DNA from: Bdellovibrionales bacterium
Lineage (GTDB): Bacteria; Bdellovibrionota; FAC87; UBA2466; JACKAF01
DNA length: 49,346 nucleotides
Direction of reading: 5' to 3'
Assembly: GCA_020435295.1 (NCBI GenBank)
Contig: JAGQZV010000002.1
Coordinates: forward strand, 1 to 49,346
The notes below the pieces were generated by a model that saw only the letters and a list, made by a program, of their open reading frames with translations, had not been told where the DNA came from and searched no databases. Position numbers and translations under genes: made by a program. This document shows positions 41,530 through 49,346 of the stretch, piece by piece (the first letter of the stretch is position 1; each line of letters opens with the position of its first letter).

Positions 41530-44380
41530 ACTTTTTCCGACGAGCGGATTTTGTATTAGGGCTCTTACTGAGGGTTTTCTTCAGGAAAGAGCCCGTATAC
41601 GAATTGTTTGCGGCACACAGGTCAGATACGGTTCCCTGTGTGACAACGCAGCCTCCGGCCGCGCCCCCTTCTGGTCCTAGATCTATTACATAGTCTGCCT
41701 GCTTGATGACATCCAAGTGGTGTTCAATCACGACGACAGTATTGCCCTGATCCACCAGCTGGTGGAGAATTTCCATGAGTTTCTTCACGTCCTCGAAGTG
41801 TAGCCCGGTAGTGGGTTCGTCGAGGATGTAAAGAGTTCGCCCAGTAGCGCGCTTGGTGAGTTCTCTGGCGAGTTTGATTCTTTGGGCCTCGCCTCCCGAC
41901 AAGGTGACAGCGCTTTGTCCCACCTTTACGTATCCGAGACCAACGTCAATGAGGGTATCCAGCTTGCCCTTAAGTTTTGGTATGCGCTCGAAGAATTCGG
42001 CGGCATGCTCGATGGACATTTCAAGAACTTCTCCGATGTTCTTGCCCCGATAGCTCACTTGGAGCGTCTCGCGGTTGTAGCGTCGACCCTGGCACACTTC
42101 GCACGCGACGAACACCGCTGGTAGAAAGTTCATCGCGATTTTGATGGTACCGTCCCCTTTACAGGCCTCACAGCGCCCCCCGGGAACGTTAAAGGAAAAT
42201 CTGCTCGGCTTATACCCTCGCACCTTTGCAGCCGGGAGTGACGCAAAAAGATTTCTGATTTCAGTGAAGGTGCCCGTATAGGTGGCGGGATTAGAACGGG
42301 GGGTGCGGCCAATGGGATTTTGATCCACATGGATCACTTTATCCAACTGTTCCAAGCCCCGAATTTCTCGGCAGCGCAGCGGTCGGTCCTCGCGAGCCAG
42401 CTTTGCCTGGACACCCTCCAGCAGGGTATCGATGACGAGGGTGCTTTTTCCGGAACCAGACACGCCCGTCACGCAAATGAAGCACCCAAGCGGAAAGTAA
42501 GCGTCTACATTTTTCAAGTTGTGCTCGCAGGCGCCAAGAACCTGAAGGCTCTTTTCTCTGTCTATTTTTCTGTGTTCAGTGGGCGCGGGAATGGTTCGGG
42601 TTCCCTGTATGTACTGGGCTGTGAGGCTTTGGGTGCTTTGATCAAGCTCGCTCGGTTCCCCAATAAAGGTAATTTCGCCCCCGTGCTCACCGGCTCCCGG
42701 CCCGATATCAATGAGGAAGTCTGCCCTACGGATGGTTTCTTCATCATGCTCGACGACAATAACTGTATTTCCCAGATCTCTTAAGTGCTCCAATGTTAGA
42801 ATCAGCTTTTCGTTGTCTCGTTGGTGAAGGCCGATGCTTGGCTCATCAAGGATATAGAGTACCCCCACTAAGTGGGATCCGATTTGGGTGGCCAGGCGAA
42901 TACGCTGGGCCTCACCACCCGAAAGCGTTGCCGCAGAACGGGATAAGGTCAAATAAGGCAGGCCGACGTCTGACAAAAACCTCAGGCGTGCGGAAATTTC
43001 CTTCAAAACAGGGCCTGCAATGAGCGCATCATTCTTGCTGGGTTTGAAAGCCTTAAGGTATTTCTGGCAGCTTTCGACGTCCATGGCGCAGAACTCGGAA
43101 ATATTTTTCCCGTCAATCAATACGGATAGAGCTTCTTTTCTCAATCGGGCCCCGTTGCACCCTTCACAGGTTTGCGGGCTCAGGTATTTTTCTATCCGGT
43201 ATTGTTCCCACTCGTCCGTGGTTTCATCGAGCTGTCGGTCCAACGCCGGGATGATGCCCTCGAAGGTCTGCTTGAATTGATGAGCGGTCTTGCCACGCAA
43301 TAGTGTGAAGTTTACCTCCTCATCAGCAGATCCGTGTAAAATCTTCTCCTGGATTTCCCGCGGCAAATCGATGTAAGGGGTTTTGGGATCAAATCCAAAC
43401 TTTTCTCCCAATGCGGAAACGACATTTTTTTTCCAGCTTTGTGAGTGCTCTTCCCATGGTTCGATGGCTCCCTCCAAGAGGGATTGATCCGGGCGGGTAA
43501 CAATGAGTTTTGGATCAAACTCATACTCCACACCTAAGCCATCACAATTGGGACAAGCGCCGTGAGGGCTATTAAAAGAGAAGCTTCGCGGCTCGAGTTC
43601 TGAGAGACTGATTCCACAATCGACACACGCGAACTTAGTCGAAAAGAACCGATGGCCCGGAATATCCACGACTTCCATTTCGGCCATTCCGCCTGTGAGC
43701 GAAACGGCCATTTCAACGGCTTCTGTCAAACGCCCTTCAATATTAGCTTTTAGGACTAATCTGTCGACGTAAACAGAGATATCATGTTTCAGGTTTTTCT
43801 TTAGTTTGATTGGCGCGGAAAGATCGACTTGTTCACCGTCTATCAGGGCCCGGACTAGCCCTTGTCTGCGCAGCTCACTTAGCTCTTTTTGAAATTCTCC
43901 CTTTTTTCCTCGGGCCACCGGAGCCAGAATTGCAAACTTAGTATCCTTCGGGTAGTCGAGGATTTGTCCAACTATCTGCTGAACGGTTTGTGTTTGTATT
44001 GGTCGGCTGCATTGGGGGCAATGAGGCTTTCCGATGCGCGCATAAAGCAGCCGTAAGAAATCGTATATTTCAGTGACCGTTCCAACGGTTGAGCGGGGAT
44101 TGCGAGAAATGTTCTTTTGCTCGATAGATATTGAAGGAGAGAGCCCATCAATGGAATTCACCGCTGGCTTTTTCATTTGCTCCATGAACTGCCTAGCGTA
44201 GGCGGAGAGTGATTCGAGATACCGTCGTTGCCCTTCGGCATAGACCGTATCAAAGGCGAGGGACGACTTCCCCGAACCGCTGAGGCCGGTGATCACTACG
44301 AGCTTGTCGCGCGGAATACTGAGCGACAGGTTCTTTAGGTTGTGTTCCCTGGCTCCCTTAATAACTATGGACTTCTGCAC
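41498..44380 (-). CDS. uvrA: Excinuclease ABC subunit A
   Basis: Two ABC modules ([10 protein letters not shown] and [10 protein letters not shown] Walker A; LSGGEAQR signatures) and zinc-finger Cys clusters. Its 3' end overlaps the atpE 3' end by 32 nt in convergent orientation. Confidence 0.97.
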   Translation of the reverse strand: MQKSIVIKGAREHNLKNLSLSIPRDKLVVITGLSGSGKSSLAFDTVYAEGQRRYLESLSAYARQFMEQMKKPAVNSIDGLSPSISIEQKNISRNPRSTVGTVTEIYDFLRLLYARIGKPHCPQCSRPIQTQTVQQIVGQILDYPKDTKFAILAPVARGKKGEFQKELSELRRQGLVRALIDGEQVDLSAPIKLKKNLKHDISVYVDRLVLKANIEGRLTEAVEMAVSLTGGMAEMEVVDIPGHRFFSTKFACVDCGISLSELEPRSFSFNSPHGACPNCDGLGVEYEFDPKLIVTRPDQSLLEGAIEPWEEHSQSWKKNVVSALGEKFGFDPKTPYIDLPREIQEKILHGSADEEVNFTLLRGKTAHQFKQTFEGIIPALDRQLDETTDEWEQYRIEKYLSPQTCEGCNGARLRKEALSVLIDGKNISEFCAMDVESCQKYLKAFKPSKNDALIAGPVLKEISARLRFLSDVGLPYLTLSRSAATLSGGEAQRIRLATQIGSHLVGVLYILDEPSIGLHQRDNEKLILTLEHLRDLGNTVIVVEHDEETIRRADFLIDIGPGAGEHGGEITFIGEPSELDQSTQSLTAQYIQGTRTIPAPTEHRKIDREKSLQVLGACEHNLKNVDAYFPLGCFICVTGVSGSGKSTLVIDTLLEGVQAKLAREDRPLRCREIRGLEQLDKVIHVDQNPIGRTPRSNPATYTGTFTEIRNLFASLPAAKVRGYKPSRFSFNVPGGRCEACKGDGTIKIAMNFLPAVFVACEVCQGRRYNRETLQVSYRGKNIGEVLEMSIEHAAEFFERIPKLKGKLDTLIDVGLGYVKVGQSAVTLSGGEAQRIKLARELTKRATGRTLYILDEPTTGLHFEDVKKLMEILHQLVDQGNTVVVIEHHLDVIKQADYVIDLGPEGGAAGGCVVTQGTVSDLCAANNSYTGSFLKKTLSKSPNTKSARRKKSTAFQPASNR

Positions 44381-44397
44381 GGGGTTGCCGTTCCAAT

Positions 44398-45744
44398 TTA
44401 GAGGAATTGCGCGACACCGTCTTCGACGGTCTTGCGGATTTCCTGAAGTCGGTTTTGAGACTGTGCCTCAAAGCGATAGACGAGAACCGGTTGAGTATTG
44501 GAGGCACGAACCAATCCCCAACCATCGCCAAATTCAACCCTAGCACCATCGATGTCATTGACGCTTAATCCCTGTTTCAGGAAGAAAGCTTTGGCTTGCT
44601 CGACGACAGAGAACTTTTTTTCGTCCGCACAATCTACCCGGAGCTCTGCGGTGCTCCAGCTTTCGGGTACGTCTGACAGGAGTTCAGCGGGAGATCGACG
44701 TGCTTCAGCCACAATTTCAACGATCCGAGCGGCGGCATAGACTGCGTCATCATAGCCAAAATAGCGATCGGCAAAAAACATGTGGCCACTCATCTCGCCA
44801 GCAAGAGGAGATTTTAGTTCTTTCATTTTACTTTTGATCAAACTATGGCCCGTTTTCCACATGACGGGTTTACCACCGTGTTTCTCAATGTCTTTGAAAA
44901 GACGGTGAGAAGCCTTGACTTCCGAAATAATGGGAGCCCCAGGATGAGCTGCCAATACCTGACGGGCGTAAAGAATGAGCAGTTCATCTCCAAACAACAC
45001 TCTGCCACATGCATCTACGACGCCAATGCGATCAGCATCCCCGTCGAAACCGATTCCTAACTGTGCGCCTTCTCTCTTTACGGTTGCCGTGAGCTCCTTG
45101 AGGTTATCGAGCACAGTGGGGTCCGGATGGTGGTTAGGAAAAGTGCCGTCTGGCTCAGAGTAAAGTTCTATCACTTCAGCGCCCAGTTTCCTTAATATTT
45201 CTGGCGCTACAACCCCACCCATTCCGTTACCGGAGTCCACCACCACTTTTACTGAGAGCGGCGTCTTAAAGCCCGAAGTTACCTTTTTAATGTACGCGGG
45301 TTTGACATCGTACTGGCTCAGACTGCCTTCTGAGAGAGGAAAATCACCCGCCTGCACCAATTTCCTAATTTCCTGGATGTCAGTGCCGTGAATGGTGGAG
45401 CGGCCTACGCACACCTTGAGCCCATTGTAGTCTCCAGGATTGTGGCTGCCCGTGATCATGATGCCGCCATCACAATTCCGCTCAAAAACTGAAAAATAGA
45501 GAACAGGGGTTGGGACGTGGCCGATATCGACGACATGAATTCCCACGGAGGTAAGACCCTCTGCAAGGGCCTTGAATATTCGGTCCGAACTCTTGCGGCA
45601 GTCACGGCCCACGGTCAACGTGTCGCCACCTTTTCGGTGTACAAACGCCCCAATAGCCATTCCCAGTTTTAGCACAATATCCGATGGTAGATCGGTTTCC
45701 GCAATGCCTCGAATATCGTATTCGCGGAATATTTTCTCGTTCAC
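44398..45744 (-). CDS. Phosphomannomutase/phosphoglucomutase (alpha-D-phosphohexomutase family)
   Basis: Active-site loop [13 protein letters not shown], metal loop GFDGDADR and sugar loop GEMSGH. Confidence 0.9.
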   Translation of the reverse strand: MNEKIFREYDIRGIAETDLPSDIVLKLGMAIGAFVHRKGGDTLTVGRDCRKSSDRIFKALAEGLTSVGIHVVDIGHVPTPVLYFSVFERNCDGGIMITGSHNPGDYNGLKVCVGRSTIHGTDIQEIRKLVQAGDFPLSEGSLSQYDVKPAYIKKVTSGFKTPLSVKVVVDSGNGMGGVVAPEILRKLGAEVIELYSEPDGTFPNHHPDPTVLDNLKELTATVKREGAQLGIGFDGDADRIGVVDACGRVLFGDELLILYARQVLAAHPGAPIISEVKASHRLFKDIEKHGGKPVMWKTGHSLIKSKMKELKSPLAGEMSGHMFFADRYFGYDDAVYAAARIVEIVAEARRSPAELLSDVPESWSTAELRVDCADEKKFSVVEQAKAFFLKQGLSVNDIDGARVEFGDGWGLVRASNTQPVLVYRFEAQSQNRLQEIRKTVEDGVAQFL

Positions 45745-45754
45745 GTAGTTACCC

Positions 45755-46720
45755 CTACTGACTTACCACCTTAATGTGGGCTTCTTTTTTCTTTCGTTCA
45801 AGCCACAGGACCATTCTGCGCTCCAGTTCTTCGGAGAAGACGGTGTTTCGGATCTCTTCCTTTTTGGCCTCGTTTAATGATTTGAAAGGATCCTGCCTCG
45901 TTTCAAGTACTTTCACAATGTGGAATCCGGCCCCCGTCTTAATGGGTTGCGTGATGTCACCCACCTTGGTTTTTGGTACCACAGTTTGAAATTCCTTTGC
46001 CAGCGAGTTTAAGGAGAGATATCCGAGGGCGCCCCCCTGTTGCGCCGTGCTGCTATCATCGGAATATTGTTTTGCGGCTGCCTTGAAGTCTATTTTCCCT
46101 TCCGATAGTTCCTTGTATACAGAGTCTGCGCGCTTCTTCGCATTGCTCCCGTTGCTGATGAGTATGTGGGCAATGCTGTATTGAATCTGGCTGCCTTTGC
46201 CTTCTTTGCGAATGTAGTAATGGCGCAGTTGCTCATCGGAAATCTTGAGCGTGGGTTTGATCTCGCGATCAATGAGGTTGCGGCGTTCGATCTGCCGTTT
46301 TATTCCCTCGCGGTACTCTGGCAGAGAGGTGTTCAGCTGTTTCAACCGCTGTTGAAGTTGTGCCTTGGTGATGTTGTTACGGGTCAGAATGGAGCGGATC
46401 TGGCCGTCTATTTCCTCCGGCGTAGCGGAAAGATCCAGCTTCTTGACTTGCTGATTAATGATTCTTTCCTCGACCAAAAGCTGAAGGATCGCCTGGCGAC
46501 TATTTAGGATAGCCGGATCGACCCCAAGTAACTCCTGAAAACTCTTAGAGCTGAGTTTTTTTTTGAATTCAGAAATATCAGAGTTCAGAATAATTTCGTC
46601 GTTTACAATAACAACGACCTTATCTAAAGGGCGTCGGGTAGCTAGGGCAGGGACCGTCAAGACAATAAGGAGAAAGAAAAAAGCGAAAGGCTTAGGCAAT
46701 AGATTGAAACAGCGGCTCAT
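45755..46720 (-). CDS. SurA-like periplasmic chaperone / parvulin-type peptidyl-prolyl isomerase
   Basis: A signal peptide and a SurA N-domain-like region. The PpiC domain reads IAHILI...GGALGYLSLNSLAKEF...GFHIVKV. Confidence 0.82.
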   Translation of the reverse strand: MSRCFNLLPKPFAFFFLLIVLTVPALATRRPLDKVVVIVNDEIILNSDISEFKKKLSSKSFQELLGVDPAILNSRQAILQLLVEERIINQQVKKLDLSATPEEIDGQIRSILTRNNITKAQLQQRLKQLNTSLPEYREGIKRQIERRNLIDREIKPTLKISDEQLRHYYIRKEGKGSQIQYSIAHILISNGSNAKKRADSVYKELSEGKIDFKAAAKQYSDDSSTAQQGGALGYLSLNSLAKEFQTVVPKTKVGDITQPIKTGAGFHIVKVLETRQDPFKSLNEAKKEEIRNTVFSEELERRMVLWLERKKKEAHIKVVSQ

Positions 46721-47630
46721 TTCGGTAAATCTTTCCTTCTTTCAGGAGCTTGGTAACCCACTCCTTGTAGACCCGGGCTTGTTTAATACGCTTCAGCCGC
46801 TTCGCGATATCGGCCTTAGCCTGCTCGTAGGTCAACTTGGTCCTCAACTGTTTCTCTACCACCTTTAGAAGGTGGACGCCATAGCGACTTTTGATTGGCT
46901 GAGAGACGTCCCCGACGTGCAAGTTAAAAGCGTTGTTAAACGCGGGGATTTTCTCATTTCGCGAGAAAAAGCCGATATCGCCGCCTTTGGCGGCATCTGG
47001 ACTCAGAGAATATTTGCGGGCGGCTGACTGAAAGGTAATTTTCCCTGCTAGAATCTCTTGCCGAATCTTGTTCGCCTCGTCCACCGTAGGGACCACAATT
47101 TGGTGGGCGTGGACCCGCGCAGGTTGGTAAAATTCCTTCTCGTGCGTCTTGTGGTAGCTTTGCATCTCCTCGTCCGAAACCAGAGTTTCCGTGTAAAAGA
47201 CCTCGTCTATTACTTTTTGGATGAGAAATTGTTCTTCTATTCGTAGTTTCAGGATGCCTTCCGTAATATTTTGCCTTCTAAGCATTTCCTCGAACCCGCC
47301 CGTTGGGTAACCGTCCTTCCAGCTGGCCAGCCTGCCCTCAATCTCCTCTTTAGGTATTCTTAAGCCACGTCTCTTTGCTTCTTCGCGAATGATGTGAACG
47401 ACGATGGTTTCGTTGAGTGCGCGCAATTTCACCCCTTCCATCACTTTGGGGTTCGAGCGACTGACTTCATCTTGTTCCGACTTAAGCTGGTTGTACTTCA
47501 CTAGGAATTCGTTTACCGAAATGGAGGATCCATCAATCTTGGCAATCGTTTTGTCGCCAAGATTGAAATTTCGGTTGCACGCCACAAGCAGTGTAAATGC
47601 CAAAAGAAAACCGAAGCGCAGGGCGGTCAT
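46692..47630 (-). CDS. PrsA/PpiD-like lipoprotein with a parvulin-type PPIase domain
   Basis: Lipobox LVAC. The PpiC domain reads VHAHQIVV...KGGDIGFFSRNEKIPAFNNAF...GVHLLKVV. Confidence 0.82.
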   Translation of the reverse strand: MTALRFGFLLAFTLLVACNRNFNLGDKTIAKIDGSSISVNEFLVKYNQLKSEQDEVSRSNPKVMEGVKLRALNETIVVHIIREEAKRRGLRIPKEEIEGRLASWKDGYPTGGFEEMLRRQNITEGILKLRIEEQFLIQKVIDEVFYTETLVSDEEMQSYHKTHEKEFYQPARVHAHQIVVPTVDEANKIRQEILAGKITFQSAARKYSLSPDAAKGGDIGFFSRNEKIPAFNNAFNLHVGDVSQPIKSRYGVHLLKVVEKQLRTKLTYEQAKADIAKRLKRIKQARVYKEWVTKLLKEGKIYRNEPLFQSIA

Positions 47631-48334
47631 TTCGTATCCTTTTTTGTTTGGGGGTACTTCGCTTTTCGTAATGCTAAAGAAGCCAGGTTCTTTCTCAAAA
47701 GAGTCAGCTCCTTTTGGTGCTTGAGATCTCCGCGCAAAAAGGCCTTGTAAACCTCAGGTGCTTTGGCAAATTCTTGCACGGCAATTACCTCGACTAGATG
47801 CGTGCCTGCTCCCAGTTTGATTGGGATGGATACCTGCCCGGGCTTTAGCCGCAAGGCGGCCGCGTACAATACGCTAGGAAGATCATTCTTCCCTTTGAAA
47901 TCGAGATCGCCGGCAAATTTGGCACCGGCGTCCTCGGAATACTGCAGCACTAGTTGCTTGAAGCTTTTTCCCGACTTTAGCCCTGCCAGAACAGATGCGA
48001 TCTTGGCCTCTTGGGCCGCTGGCTTCCCCATCACCGCTAAGTGCCGTAATCGAATGCGTGGAGCCGTCGCATAGGCTCTGCGCACCTCTTTATCCGTTGG
48101 TTGTAATTCGTCGGCGTGCTGACCCAGAATGGATTTCAGGTAGTGCTTGTACAAGACACGGTCAATCTCGGTTTTCGCTTCGGGTTCTAATCCTATTCCG
48201 AGGCGCTTGGCTTCTTTGACGGCAAGCTGAAAAAGTTCGTCCTTGTTCGGCGTTTTGGAGCCCAGCGTTACCAAACAGAAAGTAAAGCAGAGTGCGAGTG
48301 GAATAGGGAGTATCGTGTGCTTCCGAAAAACCAT
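47627..48334 (-). CDS. Secreted parvulin-like (PpiC-type) domain protein, third paralogue
   Basis: An N-terminal hydrophobic leader. The divergent PpiC domain reads RLRHLAV...AGDLDFKGKNDLPSVLYAAA...GTHLVEV. It has a 4-nt overlap with the downstream paralogue. Confidence 0.72.
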   Translation of the reverse strand: MVFRKHTILPIPLALCFTFCLVTLGSKTPNKDELFQLAVKEAKRLGIGLEPEAKTEIDRVLYKHYLKSILGQHADELQPTDKEVRRAYATAPRIRLRHLAVMGKPAAQEAKIASVLAGLKSGKSFKQLVLQYSEDAGAKFAGDLDFKGKNDLPSVLYAAALRLKPGQVSIPIKLGAGTHLVEVIAVQEFAKAPEVYKAFLRGDLKHQKELTLLRKNLASLALRKAKYPQTKKDTK

Positions 48335-48442
48335 CAGCCTTCATGCTAATTGAAGAGATAGAGGCACGCAATACAAGCAGACGGCAGGAGACAGGGATTG
48401 AGTTAAAATAAAAGGATGTTCCCAAGCTTAACGCTAGCGGTC

Positions 48443-49346
48443 ATGGGTCGGTCGGTGTTGTTGGCGGTTTCCTTGTGCGCGCTCCTGCAAGGTGCGGACA
48501 AGAAGCTGCGCATCTATTATTCGTCTAACCGGCAGGGTGAAGTAGAGCCGTGCGGATGCCAAACAGGTCAGATTGGGGGAGTGCACCGCTTTGCTGAGTA
48601 CTTGGAGCGCTCCGGGCGAACGAGAAAAAACAGTCTGTTTTTTGATGCGGGGGACGCTTTTTTTGCGCTGTCCCAGATCGAAGGCAGTCGGCACGCTCAG
48701 GAGCTGGCAAAAGCCGAGCTAATAGCCAAAGTATACGGTCTGCTGGGATTGGACGCCTACGTCATTGGCCGCCGAGACTTGGCCGCGGGTTGGTCGACGC
48801 TAGCCCGATTGGCCGCGACCACAGGGGCGCCTTTTTTGGCGGCCAACTTGGATTCCACCAGCTCCGAAACCCGGTTTTTAAGAAAAAGCGTTGTTTTGGA
48901 ACGCTTGGGTTGGAAGGTGGGTGTTTTTGGTGTTGTAAGCCGCGAAGATTTCTCTGACGTTTTGGGGGTCGCACCGCGCGACCCCTTTGCTGTAGCTCGC
49001 GAGCAAGTAGCGACCTTGAAGCGAACCGGCGCCAATGTCATCGTCGCGCTCTCCTACCTGGGGCTCGAGGCCGATCGCAAATTGGCGGCAATTCCGGGCA
49101 TTCAGCTGGTAATTGGATCTCGATCTCTGGATGTGCTGACTCAGCCGCAGGCGGTCGGCAAGACACTCGTGTTTCAGTCGGATGTCGAGGGGAGACAAGT
49201 GGGTGTGCTCGACTACGATCCTCATAATCCGCTTCAGAGTTCGCACTCGTTAGTGGAGCTCGACAAAAGCCTGGAAGCAAAAAACATGGTCGCTGCGTGG
49301 GTGGAAAAACACCGCGAGTACGTGCGCCAGCTGGCGTTTTCAGCAC
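48443..49346 (+). CDS. 5'-partial-window ORF (runs off the right edge): secreted 5'-nucleotidase/metallophosphoesterase-like protein with non-canonical metal motifs
   Basis: Hand translation from ATG 48443 gives 301 codons with no stop: MGRSVLLAVSLCALLQGA|DKKLRIYYSSNRQGEVEPCGCQTGQIGGVHRF...NVIVALSYLGLEADRKLAAIPGIQLVIGSRSLDVL... It is absent from the ORF track, presumably because no stop lies in the window. The layout resembles UshA-like calcineurin-fold proteins. The usual DxHG and GGHSH positions read SNRQGE..PCGC and GSRS. Confidence 0.6.
   Translation, partial: MGRSVLLAVSLCALLQGADKKLRIYYSSNRQGEVEPCGCQTGQIGGVHRFAEYLERSGRTRKNSLFFDAGDAFFALSQIEGSRHAQELAKAELIAKVYGLLGLDAYVIGRRDLAAGWSTLARLAATTGAPFLAANLDSTSSETRFLRKSVVLERLGWKVGVFGVVSREDFSDVLGVAPRDPFAVAREQVATLKRTGANVIVALSYLGLEADRKLAAIPGIQLVIGSRSLDVLTQPQAVGKTLVFQSDVEGRQVGVLDYDPHNPLQSSHSLVELDKSLEAKNMVAAWVEKHREYVRQLAFSA

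Noticed and set aside
41226-41693. 155-aa plus-strand ORF overlapping atpE in another frame and extending into uvrA
   Set aside because: It is an Arg/Gly/Cys-rich out-of-frame translation. Both overlapped genes are strongly supported.
48757-49346. Three minus-strand ORFs (94, 122 and 102 aa) at the right edge
   Set aside because: All are antisense to the uninterrupted 301-codon plus-strand frame, which has a signal peptide and a calcineurin-fold-like layout.

Overview
This 49.3-kb window is core chromosome centred on the replication origin of a diderm bacterium. Gene content and order resemble Bdellovibrionota/Myxococcota-like lineages, but that taxonomic call is low confidence. No mobile elements, CRISPR arrays, rRNA or tRNA genes were seen.

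Left arm, mostly minus strand:
- a secreted low-complexity repeat protein
- a tightly coupled plus-strand operon: R2lox-like dimetal oxidase, beta-class DNA methyltransferase, small ferredoxin, glycerate kinase
- a self-contained lipoate/2-oxoacid dehydrogenase operon: lipA, E1alpha, E1beta, E2, lpd, lipB, 2x[4Fe-4S] ferredoxin
- a CDF transporter and an NHL-propeller lipoprotein
- queE and atpF'FHAGDC
- a bactofilin, then parB, parA, rsmG, mnmG, mnmE, yidC, yidD, rnpA and rpmH

Right arm, plus strand:
- dnaA, oriC, dnaN, gyrB, gyrA
- a TPR lipoprotein, an AtpZ-like gene, an EamA transporter and atpBE
- then, on the minus strand, uvrA, a phosphomannomutase and three tandem SurA/parvulin chaperone genes
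- a 5'-partial plus-strand ORF running off the window edge, which is absent from the ORF track

Non-coding signals read directly from the sequence:
- four exact copies of the canonical parS 16-mer in and around mnmG
- an oriC in the dnaA-dnaN spacer with two opposed DnaA-box arrays, plus an AT-rich region with DnaA-trio-like CTA repeats
- an isolated inverted pair of DnaA boxes about 17 kb from oriC
- rpmH, which is too short for the ORF track

The most speculative and potentially novel item is the R2lox-like oxidase / orphan methyltransferase / ferredoxin operon. The ParABS-bactofilin module with a tailed ParA comes second.
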